64,000 nt of DNA from Pedobacter sp. (GCA_050253415.1 JBFWJC010000008.1:1-64000); one strand, 5' to 3'. Positions 1-10,166 are shown, numbered from the stretch's first letter. Notes: generated by a model not told the origin, from the sequence alone. A program made the numbers and translations.

Positions 1-140
1 ACCAGTCACCAGTCACCAGTCACCAGTCACCAGTCACCAGTCACCAGTCACCAGTCACCAGTCACCAGTCACCAGTCACCAGTCACCAGTCACCAGTCAC
101 CAGTCACCAGTCACCAGTCACCAGTCAGCAGTCAGCAGTC
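1..140. repeat. Heptamer tandem repeat (ACCAGTC)x18 followed by (AGCAGTC)x2; truncated by window start
   Basis: Positions 1-126 are 18 perfect ACCAGTC units, then two AGCAGTC units that overlap the TGA stop (139-141) of the minus-strand epimerase gene. Confidence 0.98.
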
Positions 141-1149
141 AGCACTGAAAGTACCCCTTGTACCACTCCACGAACCTGCCAACCCCGTCCTCAATACTGG
201 TAGAGGGCTTGAATCCGACATCACGGGTCAAATCATCCACATCGGCATAAGTGGCCGGCACGTCGCCGGGTTGAATCGGCAGGAGGTTTTTCTCGGCGGT
301 TTTCCCCAGGGCTGTTTCCAGGGTTTGAATCAGATGCAATAATTCGACCGGATTGTTGTTGCCGATATTATATAATCGATAAGGTGCGTTGCTGGTACCG
401 GGATCGGGAGCCGCGCCGCTCCAGTCGGGATTAGGTTGGGCGGTATGGTCGAGGGTGCGCACAACACCTTCGACGATGTCGTCGATATAGGTGAAGTCCC
501 GGCGCATCTTTCCGTAGTTGAACACGTCGATAGCCTTGCCCTCCAGAATGGCTTTGGTAAAAAGGAACAAAGCCATATCGGGGCGCCCCCAGGGTCCATA
601 GACGGTAAAAAACCGCAGACCTGTAACCGGCAACCTGTAAAGATGGGCATAGGTATGGGCCATCAACTCGTTGGCCTTTTTAGACGCGGCGTAGAGCGAG
701 ACCGGATGATCGACGTTGTGATGGATGGAAAACGGCATGGTGGTATTGGCGCCGTAGACGGATGAGGACGAGGCATAGACCAGGTGCTGCACACCGTTGT
801 GGCGGCAACCCTCAAGGATATTAACGAATCCCACCAAGTTACTGTCAACGTAGGCCTGTGGATTTTTGAGGGAATAACGCACTCCGGCCTGTGCAGCCAG
901 GTTGACCACCCGGTCGAATTTCTCCTCCCGAAAAAGCGCCCCCATACCCTCACGATCGGCCAGGTCGATTTTAACGAAACGGAAGTTCGGATGGCTTGCG
1001 ATCTGCTCCAGGCGGGCCTGCTTGAGACTGACATCGTAGTAGTCGTTGAGGTTGTCGAGTCCTACAACCTCGTCGCCACGGTCGAGAAGCACCTTCGCCA
1101 GGTGAAAACCGATGAAACCAGCCGCACCGGTAACTAAAATTTTAGCCAC
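139..1149 (-). CDS. NAD-dependent epimerase, UDP-glucuronate 4-epimerase family
   Basis: GAAGFIG Rossmann motif, [15 protein letters not shown] catalytic motif, GPWGRPDMA; start moved to GTG at 1149 with GGAG RBS. Confidence 0.93.
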   Translation of the reverse strand: MAKILVTGAAGFIGFHLAKVLLDRGDEVVGLDNLNDYYDVSLKQARLEQIASHPNFRFVKIDLADREGMGALFREEKFDRVVNLAAQAGVRYSLKNPQAYVDSNLVGFVNILEGCRHNGVQHLVYASSSSVYGANTTMPFSIHHNVDHPVSLYAASKKANELMAHTYAHLYRLPVTGLRFFTVYGPWGRPDMALFLFTKAILEGKAIDVFNYGKMRRDFTYIDDIVEGVVRTLDHTAQPNPDWSGAAPDPGTSNAPYRLYNIGNNNPVELLHLIQTLETALGKTAEKNLLPIQPGDVPATYADVDDLTRDVGFKPSTSIEDGVGRFVEWYKGYFQC

Positions 1150-1197
1150 AGATGAACTCCTTAAAATCGCAAAATGATAGGGTCGCAAAAAAACCTG

Positions 1198-1440
1198 AAT
1201 AGCACGCGGATAACTTCTGATGCACGCGGACTTCAAGGATTAGCCTCAAAAACCAGGACTTTGGTTTAAATCAGATTTTTATCCCGCCGTTCCCGCGTTA
1301 TCCGCGTTCTATTGCCTTGATTAAGAATCAAAATCAATCATCCGCAGGTTCACACAGATTTCCGAAGAATGAATTCCAAACCAACACCCCTTGCCATATT
1401 TGGCCTAAAAAACCGTAACTCGCCTTTATCTGCGGCAAAA
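1198..1440. repeat. Dispersed palindromic repeat modules (two types), also present at 11875-12190
   Basis: 17-bp inverted repeat with 1 mismatch (1198-1214 / 1297-1313); 1261-1320 resembles 12132-12192; 1338-1385 resembles 11876-11922. Confidence 0.8.
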
Positions 1441-1483
1441 ATTGATTTAAACAGTACCTATTCAATCATGGAAATCGATCCGT

Positions 1484-1513
1484 CTGACAACTGACAACTT
1501 ATAGCTTACAGCT
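1484..1513. repeat. Short degenerate heptamer tract (CTGACAA / CTTACAG family)
   Basis: ctgacaa ctgacaa cttatag cttacag ct just downstream of the ugd stop. Confidence 0.7.
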
Positions 1514-1519
1514 AAAGTT

Positions 1520-2857
1520 TCACCCTCTCCGCCCAATCCCTTGATACTCGAATCCGGCCTGTTTAACCGTTTCCGGCTCATATTGATTGCGACCATCGAA
1601 AATGACGGGTTGTTTCATCAGCTTGTGCATAGCGTGGAAGTCAGGGGTGCGGAAGGGTTTCCACTCGGTGACCAGAATCATGGCGTCAACATCCTGCAGG
1701 GCGTCGTACTGATGATCGGCAAGAATCAGATCGCCGTTGTCGAACCAGGCCTGGGGCAGCTGATTGCGAGCGGCTTCCATGGCGACGGGATCGTAAGCTC
1801 GGACCTTGGCTCCGGCACCGATGAGTTCATGCAACAGTACCACGGAAGGTGCTTCGCGCAGGTCGTCAGTACCGGGTTTAAAGGCCAATCCCCACATGCC
1901 GAAAATCAGGCCGCTGAGATCTTTGCCGAAACGATTGCAGACCTTGTGGTAAAGAACGCGGCGCTGCTGCTGGTTGCGCTCTTCCACGGAGCGCAGCACT
2001 TTCGGTTCGAATTCACAGCTTTCAGCCAGGTGGATAATAGCTTTGACATCTTTAGGAAAGCAGGATCCGCCGTAACCGCAACCAGGGTAGATGAAGGAGT
2101 AGCCGATACGCGCATCGGAGCCTATGCCGAGACGTACGTTTTCCACATCGACATCCAGCATATCGCACAGTCCGGCAATTTCATTGATAAACGAAATCTT
2201 GGTGGCCAGCATGGCATTGGCCGCATACTTGGTCATCTCGGCATCGCGCACGCCCATGTAGATGGTCCGGTCCCGATTCATGTTGAAAGGAGCATAAAGC
2301 TGACGCATGATGTCGCGGGCTCGGTCGCTTTCGGTGCCGACGATAATCCTGTCGGGGCGCATAAAGTCTTCGATGGCGGCGCCTTCCTTTAGAAACTCAG
2401 GATTACTGACCACGTCGAAGGTGGTGTTTTTGCCGCGTTTCTGCAGTTCCGTTCCTATAACCGCACGTACTTTTTCCGCCGTGCCGACAGGCACCGTCGA
2501 TTTATCCACGACTACGCCGTATTCAGACAGATGCTGCCCAATCTCTCCCGCCACGCCTAACACCTGACTCAGGTCAGCGCTGCCGTCACCGTTGGAGGGT
2601 GTGCCAACGGCGATAAAATAAACCTGCGAATCGACCATGGCTTCGGCCAGCGAGGTCGTGAACCGCAGACGCCCTTCCCTGACATTATTTTTAACCAGAA
2701 CATCCAGACCGGGTTCAAAAATCGGAATTTGCCCCTGCTTGAGTTGCGCAACCTTGGTAGGATCGGTATCGACACAGGTAACGGTGTTCCCCATTTCAGC
2801 AAAACAGGTTCCGGTAACAAGTCCGACGTAGCCGGTTCCGATAACAGTCAGGTTCAT
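1520..2857 (-). CDS. ugd: UDP-glucose 6-dehydrogenase
   Basis: GTGYVG, SNPEFLKEG, GYGGSCFPKD catalytic Cys motif, DGRN C-terminus. Confidence 0.95.
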   Translation of the reverse strand: MNLTVIGTGYVGLVTGTCFAEMGNTVTCVDTDPTKVAQLKQGQIPIFEPGLDVLVKNNVREGRLRFTTSLAEAMVDSQVYFIAVGTPSNGDGSADLSQVLGVAGEIGQHLSEYGVVVDKSTVPVGTAEKVRAVIGTELQKRGKNTTFDVVSNPEFLKEGAAIEDFMRPDRIIVGTESDRARDIMRQLYAPFNMNRDRTIYMGVRDAEMTKYAANAMLATKISFINEIAGLCDMLDVDVENVRLGIGSDARIGYSFIYPGCGYGGSCFPKDVKAIIHLAESCEFEPKVLRSVEERNQQQRRVLYHKVCNRFGKDLSGLIFGMWGLAFKPGTDDLREAPSVVLLHELIGAGAKVRAYDPVAMEAARNQLPQAWFDNGDLILADHQYDALQDVDAMILVTEWKPFRTPDFHAMHKLMKQPVIFDGRNQYEPETVKQAGFEYQGIGRRG

Positions 2858-2880
2858 GGTTCGCTTCCTTTTTTGAAACA

Positions 2881-2980
2881 GTAATTAGTTAATAGTGAAT
2901 GATCCAACAAATGGACCAAAATTCAATGTAATGAGTGATAGTTTTTCAACCATCCACCCATTACCAATCACCCGTCACGA
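2881..2980. repeat. Degenerate convergent heptamer arms (GTRA-type then TYAC-type)
   Basis: gtaatta gttaata gtgaatg ... tccaccc attacca atcaccc gtcacga. Confidence 0.5.
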
Positions 2981-4318
2981 TATTTTATCAATGATGGAGA
3001 GAATTACTGCGGTTTTTGTTTCCATCAAGGCCTGGTCGCCCCGGGATTCGACATTGAGGCGTAAAACAGGTTCTGTATTGGAAGAGCGCAGATTGAGTCG
3101 CCATTTGGCAAATTCGAGGGACAGTCCGTCGGTGTGGTCTTCGGCAAGGCTTTCGCCTTGAAAATACTCCCGTACCGCCGCAATGGCGGCTGCCGGATCA
3201 CTGAGGCGACGGTTAATTTCCCCGCTGGCGGGATATCGTTGCATACAGCCGTCGACCAAGGCCGACAGGGGCTGGTTACGTTGGCTCATGAGCTGAGTCA
3301 CCAACAACCAGGGGATCATGCCGCTGTCGCAGTAGGCAAAATCCCTAAAGTAGTGATGGGCGCTCATCTCTCCACCATAAACGGCATCCTCGGAGCGCAT
3401 GCGCTCTTTGATGAAGGCATGGCCTGTTTTGCTCTGGACGGCGATACCACCACCGGCCTGCACCATTTCGATAGTGTTCCAGGTCAGGCGCGGATCGTGA
3501 ATAATGCGACTGCCAGGGTGTGTTGCAAGCAGGGCTTCAGCCAGCAGGCCGACAATATAATAGCCCTCAATGAAGCGGCCTTTTTCATCAAAAAGAAAAC
3601 ACCGATCAAAATCACCATCCCAGGCAATACCCAGGTCAGCGCCATGGGCCAGCACCGCATCGCTGGTGGCACCGCGATTTTCTGGCAAAAGGGGGTTAGG
3701 GATGCCATGAGGGAAACTGCCATCGGGCTCATGGTGAACGCGAACGAACTCGAAGGGCAGACGATCCGCCAACAGATCGACGACTGGACCGGCACAACCG
3801 TTCCCAGAATTAACCACGATCTTGATGGGCTTCAATGCCGATTGGTCGATATACCCCAGCAAGTGATCAACATATTTGTCGCGTACATCAAGAGTGCGAT
3901 ACGCGCCCATACCCGATGAAACAGGAAAATCACCCTTCAAGGCAAGATCGCGCAGGATATCCAGCCCACTGTCGCCACTAATGGGCCGCGCTTGCTCACG
4001 GACCAGTTTCATACCATTGTAATCGCATGGATTATGGCTGGCCGTCACCATGATCCCACCACAGACCCCTTCGGAGAAGGTCGCAAAATAAACTTCTTCA
4101 GTACCGCAAAGCCCAAGATCCAGCACATCGGCACCGCCGGTACGTAATCCCTCGGATAACGCCTGGCACAAGGCAGCGCTTGATGAGCGGATATCCCGTC
4201 CTACCACAACCTGGCGGGGCTTAAGATGCACCGCAAAAGCACGCCCGATGCGCATGGCCAGATCTTCATTGAGCTGATCGGGAACACGACCACGTATGTC
4301 GTAGGCTTTGAAAGGCAT
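2975..4318 (-). CDS. manB: Phosphomannomutase/phosphoglucomutase (CpsG/ManB)
   Basis: [14 protein letters not shown] active-site Ser, DGDFDR metal loop, GEMSAH sugar-binding loop. Confidence 0.94.
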   Translation of the reverse strand: MPFKAYDIRGRVPDQLNEDLAMRIGRAFAVHLKPRQVVVGRDIRSSSAALCQALSEGLRTGGADVLDLGLCGTEEVYFATFSEGVCGGIMVTASHNPCDYNGMKLVREQARPISGDSGLDILRDLALKGDFPVSSGMGAYRTLDVRDKYVDHLLGYIDQSALKPIKIVVNSGNGCAGPVVDLLADRLPFEFVRVHHEPDGSFPHGIPNPLLPENRGATSDAVLAHGADLGIAWDGDFDRCFLFDEKGRFIEGYYIVGLLAEALLATHPGSRIIHDPRLTWNTIEMVQAGGGIAVQSKTGHAFIKERMRSEDAVYGGEMSAHHYFRDFAYCDSGMIPWLLVTQLMSQRNQPLSALVDGCMQRYPASGEINRRLSDPAAAIAAVREYFQGESLAEDHTDGLSLEFAKWRLNLRSSNTEPVLRLNVESRGDQALMETKTAVILSIIDKIS

Positions 4319-4331
4319 TAGAACGTCCTTG

Positions 4332-4436
4332 GTAAATAGTAAATAGTAAACAGTGATCAGTGATTGGTAATTAGTTAGTCACTTGTCACTTGTCACTTGT
4401 CACTTGTCACTTGTCACTTGTCACTTGTCACTTGTC
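4332..4436. repeat. Convergent heptamer tract: degenerate GTAAATA/GTGATCA/GTGATTG arm plus (GTCACTT)x8
   Basis: 4378-4433 is 8 perfect GTCACTT units, preceded by six 7-bp-period GTRA units. Confidence 0.95.
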
Positions 4437-4466
4437 GGCTAAAGGCTTGAGGTTATCGATTTTAAA

Positions 4467-4522
4467 CTTGCAGCTTACAGCTTATAACTTACAGCTAGTT
4501 TTTTAACTTATATCTTACAGCT
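4467..4522. repeat. Degenerate (CTTACAG)-family heptamer tract overlapping the cpsB stop
   Basis: cttgcag cttacag cttataa cttacag ... cttatat cttacag. Confidence 0.75.
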
Positions 4523-5278
4523 GGAAGTTTTCAGATTGCCGCTGGCTTTAGCTTCCGCAAGTTTTTCCAGTCCCCGCGACAGGTTCCGCTGCAAGGAACG
4601 GGCATCATGGCCGTCCGTGCCGAAATAGTCGTACAAGCCTCCGATCAGATGGGCGTGGGCTTGCTGCCTGACTTCGGGGCCGTACAAACCAGAGAAGCTG
4701 GAAATGTTACCTTGGAACTGGCATCCCATATTAACAAGTACCTGCAATAAGGTCTCTTTATCCGCCATGCCTTGCGGGGAAGATGCTTTGCGAAATGGCC
4801 AGAGTTTACCCAACATGTTAGCGGCGGAGGATTTATGACCGGAGCATGCCTGGTCAAACAGTATGCAACGTTCGGGGTGAGCTATGACGGGAACCCATTT
4901 GCGCCGTCTAAGTTGAAACAAGGCGTCCTTGAGTACCTCAGGACGTGCCTGTTGAGGCGCTTCGACAAGTACCATCCGGGTGTTACCCAATGGCTGAAGC
5001 TGATCGATGTTTTGAACAAACATTTCATCCAGGTAATATTCCATACCGGGATGAAGCTTCAAAGCCAGGTCTGCCTTCTGGAAAGCCTGCTGCAGGGTTG
5101 CAGTGGCCTGTTTAACGCGTTGGGGTGTGTTATCGTACGCACCATGCAGGCAATGGGGGGTACAGTATACCTCGGTGAATCCTGCCTCAATGAGCAAGCG
5201 CCCCATGGCAAGGGATTCATCAAAATTTTTAGAACCGTCGTCCACACCTGGCAACAAATGGCAATGCCAGTCGATCAT
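4508..5278 (-). CDS. PHP-family tyrosine-protein phosphatase (CpsB/CapC/YwqE type)
   Basis: MIDWHCHLLPGVDDG, TPH, IAHPER and GTDGH motifs; adjacent to the Wzc kinase. Confidence 0.92.
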   Translation of the reverse strand: MIDWHCHLLPGVDDGSKNFDESLAMGRLLIEAGFTEVYCTPHCLHGAYDNTPQRVKQATATLQQAFQKADLALKLHPGMEYYLDEMFVQNIDQLQPLGNTRMVLVEAPQQARPEVLKDALFQLRRRKWVPVIAHPERCILFDQACSGHKSSAANMLGKLWPFRKASSPQGMADKETLLQVLVNMGCQFQGNISSFSGLYGPEVRQQAHAHLIGGLYDYFGTDGHDARSLQRNLSRGLEKLAEAKASGNLKTSSCKI

Positions 5279-5390
5279 AGTTTCCCTTCCCTGGGAACAG
5301 AAAAGGGCGAAACTCGCCCCTCCTGCACAATACGAATTTTTATCGGATTATCACCCAAACCAAGTTGATAATCAATCGAAACCAGCACAG

Positions 5391-5466
5391 TCACCACAGA
5401 GTAATAGCAGGCACAGAGAATTCAACGAGATTATAAATTTTCTCTATGCTCTCCATGACTCCAGCG
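5391..5466. repeat. Degenerate 9-bp-period palindromic module (CACAGAG...CTCT[AG]TG type)
   Basis: tcaccacagag..gcacagagaa faces ttctctatgctctccatga; related to 11644-11739. Confidence 0.55.
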
Positions 5467-5521
5467 CATATAGCGAACGGGTGACAGCGAAGAGTTTACA
5501 AGATCGAGTTACCGATACGAT

Positions 5522-7939
5522 TTAATCCTTATCAGTCACCCGGCCAATAAGTCTCCTGATCATGCCAGGGTTTTCTATTGCCTCGTCCTGTTGATAATAG
5601 CCATATCCGTAGCCGTACCCGTAGCCGTAACGACCATAGGACCCATACCCACCATAACTGCCGTAATATCCCTGGCCCGCCTGATTCTTATCATTGAGAA
5701 CAAATCCGACCAGCGGCGCTTTGGTAGCCTCCATGATCTCTTTAACTCTGCGAGCCGCCTTGATAGATACGCCGCCAGCCGATATGACCCAGACCACCTG
5801 CTCGGCCAGAGCAGTGAGAACTGTAGCGTCGGTAACAGCCAAAACCGGGGGCGCGTCGAGGAGGATAATATCATACTGATTACGCAAATCTTTAACGAGA
5901 TTTTTCATCCTGTCCGAATCGAGGAGTTCGGCGGGATTAGGCGGTACGGCACCGGAAGGCAGGAAATCAAGCTGAAACAAACCGGTAGGCTTAATGACGT
6001 CCTCAACTTTTACATCGCCAACCAGCACTTCGGTCAATCCACCTGAATCGCTGCCGCCAAACATATCCTGCAGGGTGGGTTTGCGCAGGTCACAACCCAC
6101 CAGCAGCACGCGGTTACCTGTCTGCGCCAAGGTCACGGCCAGGTTACCGGAAATAGTGGTTTTTCCTTCAGCCGGGAAAGCGCTGGTTACCAGCAGAACC
6201 TTTTTTTCGCGCCCCAACGAGGAAAAGTGCAAAGCTGTACGCAAACTGCGGAAGGCTTCGGCTGCAGCGGATTTCGGTTTAAATTGGGCGATAAGGACGC
6301 GACGACTCTTGTTGCTTTGAACAAGAGCTTGAGCTTCTTTGCCTTTACGATCGATACCGATGTAAGGAATAACCGACAACAGAGGCAGGCCGACTTCCCG
6401 CTTGGCGAGCTCACCGTCCTTAATGGAGTCATCCAGGTATTCCAGAAGGAATGCCAGACCGATACCGGCCATGCAACCTACAATAAGCCCTAACAGGATA
6501 TTTTTTGCTTTTTGCGGTTTGATGGGACGATCAGGCACGATAGACGGATCGATAATGTTGACGTTACTGATGGTCGCAGCACGGGCAAGGCGCGCTTCTT
6601 CATGTTTTTGCAGCATGAAGATATAGATATCGGCATTGACCGTGGAACGCCGTGTCAAGCGTGCAAGGTCACGCTCGGCAGCAGGCAATTGGCGAACACG
6701 GGCTTCGTAGCGCTGCAGATCCTGACGCACCGTGTCGGCTTGCTTATTCAGACCGGATAAGAGTTGCTCATAGGTCGATAACAATTTTTTCTGAATCTGA
6801 GCTATCTGTCCCTGCACGGCACGCACATCAGGGTGCATCTCCGTCATATCAACCAGAAGTCGCTGCTTTTCAACTTCGAGAGCGGCAAGTTTCTGGCCCA
6901 TGGAAGCGACCACAGGATCCTCCATCAGCACAGCAGGAACGTAGCCTTTTTGCTCGGCCATGGCGCTTTGCAGTGATTCAACGGCGAACTGGGCCTGCCG
7001 CCGTACAAGATCAACGCTAGCGAGTTCTTTTTCCTTACCGGTAAGAAGGTCCAGCAAACTTGTCGCCTCGGAGCCCATCTCGATAACGCCTGAAGCGCTT
7101 TTGTAGGCGGCCAATTGTTCTTCGGTTACATCGAGGTTTTCCCGCACGGATTGAAGCTGCTTATCGATGAATTCAACCGATTTATTAGCCTCTTCGGATT
7201 TTAAAAGAACATTTCGCTCCAGGTAGACATTGGCCAGGGCATTGACAACTTCACTGGCCAGAGCGGGATCGTTGTTACGGTAGGCCAGTTGAATAATGTT
7301 GGTGCCCTTGCCAACCTCCGAGGCATTAATAGCGGAACGAAGGGCCTGCACCTGGTCATTAAACGGCTTCAGGGATAACTCGAATTCCTGACCTTTTTCA
7401 CCTTTAAGACCGTCGATGAGCAAACGGAATCCGGCTGCCTTGAGCAGATGCCCGGAGCGCCCTTCCCCGATCAACCGGTCGTCAGCATCGCGTACCTGAT
7501 AGCGTTGGCTATCGAGAAGAGAAATGGTATAGCTCGGCTCCTCGGCAGTCGAAGCAAAATCGAGCACCTGAAAAGTAAGTTCGTCGGAAGACTTTTCAAT
7601 ATCCCAGTCCAAGTGCAGGCGTCGTACGACTTCTTCGATGTTGGTCCGGGAGCGCAGAATTTCGATTTCGGTTTCGATGGGGTTTTCGCGGCTCAACCCC
7701 AGGTCGTCGAGTACACCATTACCTTTAACCTTGTCATCGCGCACATGCAGAGTGGCTTTGGCCTCGAACAGAGGACTGACTAAAAAGGTATAGAGCACTA
7801 CTCCTAAAAAGATGGCACAAAAAGCAAACACGAACGATTTGCGCCGACGCAGTAGTACGTTGATATAATCCTGAAGGTGGACTTCTTCCTCTTCCACGTA
7901 GGAGTAGCTATTGTTATCTTTAGAGTTTTCCATCGTCAC
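5522..7939 (-). CDS. wzc: Wzc-like polysaccharide co-polymerase / tyrosine autokinase (BY-kinase)
   Basis: Two TM segments around a periplasmic coiled coil, AEAFRSLRT, Walker A AEGKTT, DLRKP, LLDAPP, C-terminal Tyr cluster. Confidence 0.93.
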   Translation of the reverse strand: MTMENSKDNNSYSYVEEEEVHLQDYINVLLRRRKSFVFAFCAIFLGVVLYTFLVSPLFEAKATLHVRDDKVKGNGVLDDLGLSRENPIETEIEILRSRTNIEEVVRRLHLDWDIEKSSDELTFQVLDFASTAEEPSYTISLLDSQRYQVRDADDRLIGEGRSGHLLKAAGFRLLIDGLKGEKGQEFELSLKPFNDQVQALRSAINASEVGKGTNIIQLAYRNNDPALASEVVNALANVYLERNVLLKSEEANKSVEFIDKQLQSVRENLDVTEEQLAAYKSASGVIEMGSEATSLLDLLTGKEKELASVDLVRRQAQFAVESLQSAMAEQKGYVPAVLMEDPVVASMGQKLAALEVEKQRLLVDMTEMHPDVRAVQGQIAQIQKKLLSTYEQLLSGLNKQADTVRQDLQRYEARVRQLPAAERDLARLTRRSTVNADIYIFMLQKHEEARLARAATISNVNIIDPSIVPDRPIKPQKAKNILLGLIVGCMAGIGLAFLLEYLDDSIKDGELAKREVGLPLLSVIPYIGIDRKGKEAQALVQSNKSRRVLIAQFKPKSAAAEAFRSLRTALHFSSLGREKKVLLVTSAFPAEGKTTISGNLAVTLAQTGNRVLLVGCDLRKPTLQDMFGGSDSGGLTEVLVGDVKVEDVIKPTGLFQLDFLPSGAVPPNPAELLDSDRMKNLVKDLRNQYDIILLDAPPVLAVTDATVLTALAEQVVWVISAGGVSIKAARRVKEIMEATKAPLVGFVLNDKNQAGQGYYGSYGGYGSYGRYGYGYGYGYGYYQQDEAIENPGMIRRLIGRVTDKD

Positions 7940-8133
7940 ATCCTGGGTCTTGTTTCGTCAGTTGCCATTGGCCAATCGTCACTTGCTTAAATGCGAACGA
8001 CAAAAGACATTATGTATTTCCTGAAATTTTCTTTTTTTATTTAACAGGGATACGCTCCCTACACGCTTTAAATCCCCCGAACCCTCTTTATCCAAGTAAA
8101 AAAGTTTTCCAGCAAAGCCCGGACAAACGCGCG

Positions 8134-9201
8134 TCAATCGCGGGTCAACACTTTAACCTGAACGAAAGGCTGCAACAAGGAGCTGATAGCCTGCAGGGAA
8201 GGCAGAATTTCCTGGATGGCGAGGTTCCACGATCCGAGCCCGTTGCGCGGTACATACAGAACATCCCCCTCCATCAAAGGAAAAGGCAGCGCGTCGCCGT
8301 TGAGAATTTTGGTCAGGTCGATAACAAGCAACTCTCCACGGGTCGGAGAGAGTGAACGTATGATGCGCACATGGGTCGGACGCGCACTCCCCTCATTTAA
8401 ATCGGCACTGGAAAGAGCCTGCGCAAGAGACAAGCGCCCATTGGGCATGACAATGGGGCCAGCCTTTTTGACCGCACCGAATACAAAGACATTCTGGTTT
8501 TTGTCATCCGGCACAAAGATAACATCGTTGGCGGTCAACCAGGTGTTTTGCGACTGATCGCCTTCCTGCAACAAACGATAGATGTCGACGGGTATGGTCT
8601 TACCGTTACGGATGATGCGTGCCGAACGAAGATTGGCAATATCCTTAAGACCATTACCAAGGGCAAGCCCTTCCATGAGGGAATAGGACCGATCCATGTA
8701 GTAGGTGCCGGGCGCATTGAACTGCCCCAGCAGATAAAGGGGCTTGCTTCGATACTCTGAAATCTCCACCACGACCCAGGGATCCTTAAGGTAAGTACGT
8801 ACAATCTCCTGAATATGTTCGGTGGCTTGGCCAATGGTCATGCCGCCAACAGTAACACTGCCGGCGAGCGGCAAATGAACCTTGCCGAGACCATCTACCC
8901 GACTACCGGAGACTTTATTGCTGCCACCGATAAAGATGCCGGGGCTGCTGAGTTCGGGATGACCTTTGACGTTGACATAAAGAACGTCATTGGGACCGAG
9001 AAGGTATTCCTTCGAGGGCTGCACGGCATCGACGCCCAGAGATACTTCAACAGACTCTCTTTCCACCACAGCCGAATATCGTTCACCGTAGATTTGCTTG
9101 ACGGTTCCAGGGTCGAGATCGGTAAACTTGGTACAACCAGCGAAGAAAAGCAGGCCAAGCAGAAGGCCAAAGGAGATTTTCCAGCATGCTTTACAATTCA
9201 T
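8134..9201 (-). CDS. wza: Wza-like polysaccharide export lipoprotein
   Basis: Lipobox FAGC, YLLGPND export motif, SLBB repeats, C-terminal amphipathic helix; start ATG 9201 with AGAGGG RBS. Confidence 0.9.
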   Translation of the reverse strand: MNCKACWKISFGLLLGLLFFAGCTKFTDLDPGTVKQIYGERYSAVVERESVEVSLGVDAVQPSKEYLLGPNDVLYVNVKGHPELSSPGIFIGGSNKVSGSRVDGLGKVHLPLAGSVTVGGMTIGQATEHIQEIVRTYLKDPWVVVEISEYRSKPLYLLGQFNAPGTYYMDRSYSLMEGLALGNGLKDIANLRSARIIRNGKTIPVDIYRLLQEGDQSQNTWLTANDVIFVPDDKNQNVFVFGAVKKAGPIVMPNGRLSLAQALSSADLNEGSARPTHVRIIRSLSPTRGELLVIDLTKILNGDALPFPLMEGDVLYVPRNGLGSWNLAIQEILPSLQAISSLLQPFVQVKVLTRD

Positions 9202-9404
9202 GATCCCTCTTGGAATAGGATTAAATGGATAGATCAATAACTCTTTGGTAGCCCTGAGATCCGTTTCGGACCAGAGCCAATAAACAATATGTTGAATCAT
9301 ATTAAAAACAACTGAAGTACAGCAGTTTTTTATATCAGCACCCGCCTCAAAAGGCAATCAAGTAAACCCAGTTACTTAAATTTTACAAATATTTATTCAA
9401 ACCT

Positions 9405-10166
9405 TCAATTGGACACATTGACGTCATCGACCTTCATCCAGATACGCATAATCTCTCTGGAATTACCGAGGATTCGACGGGGCACCACTTCATCACCGAT
9501 GAAAGTTCCCTCCCGATAGGTACCAAGGTCCATCCACTTTCCGGGAATAGCGTCCACCGTGGTGGACATTTGCAAACCTTCCACCTCAGGAGCTTGGAGA
9601 GTCTGTGCCGGTTGATCTGCGGATACCCGACCGAACCATGGCTCCAATATCAATCGGATATACTCGCCTGCCTCAGTCGGTTGCACGATAAAGCCATGAC
9701 GAATGTGTACGTAATCCACTTCCTGTCCATAACCAGGATTACGGCCGCCCTGCACCAACATCCGGCGGACAAAAGGATGATGCTCGTCAAACAGCATCAG
9801 GCCTTTTGCGCTTTCGCAGACATCAACCGCATATTCAGCGCCATCGACCGCATTGCCAAGGCGGCGTGACGGCGCCGCGGCTTCGGCGCCAGCAAACCCT
9901 CCAGACGGCGTACCCGTAGCGATCCGAACAGCCACCCGCAGCATCCGACAGACCGGAGGAGCAAGAGACTTGCCGGCACCTGCCGCAGACTGGCCTGCCC
10001 CGTAGGGGCCGGTTACCTCTTGCAATTTACACACCAGAGCATCGGTTTCCTGAACCATGGGCGCGGAAACCGTCAGAGCCATCGCATGGCCTGAAAAACA
10101 CGAGAAGAAAAGACCCGCGGCGCTCACAACAAGTTTTCTACGGACACTTACTGAAAGACCACGCAT
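9405..10166 (-). CDS. Hypothetical exported protein, C-terminus resembles short secretin/NolW-type proteins
   Basis: Signal-peptide-like N-terminus ending AMA; C-terminal pattern VDY..HGFIVQP...IRLILEP...MSTTV...GKWMDLG recalled from that family; start uncertain. Confidence 0.5.
   Translation of the reverse strand: MRGLSVSVRRKLVVSAAGLFFSCFSGHAMALTVSAPMVQETDALVCKLQEVTGPYGAGQSAAGAGKSLAPPVCRMLRVAVRIATGTPSGGFAGAEAAAPSRRLGNAVDGAEYAVDVCESAKGLMLFDEHHPFVRRMLVQGGRNPGYGQEVDYVHIRHGFIVQPTEAGEYIRLILEPWFGRVSADQPAQTLQAPEVEGLQMSTTVDAIPGKWMDLGTYREGTFIGDEVVPRRILGNSREIMRIWMKVDDVNVSN

Noticed and set aside
1..140. CRISPR array or telomere-like end
   Set aside because: Units are contiguous 7-mers with no unique spacers and no cas genes. 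Similar arrays occur internally, so the edge position is probably a windowing effect, although a contig break at the repeat is possible.
9202..9404. JUMPstart/ops element upstream of wza
   Set aside because: No GGCGGTAG ops core; only a partial GGCGGG match.
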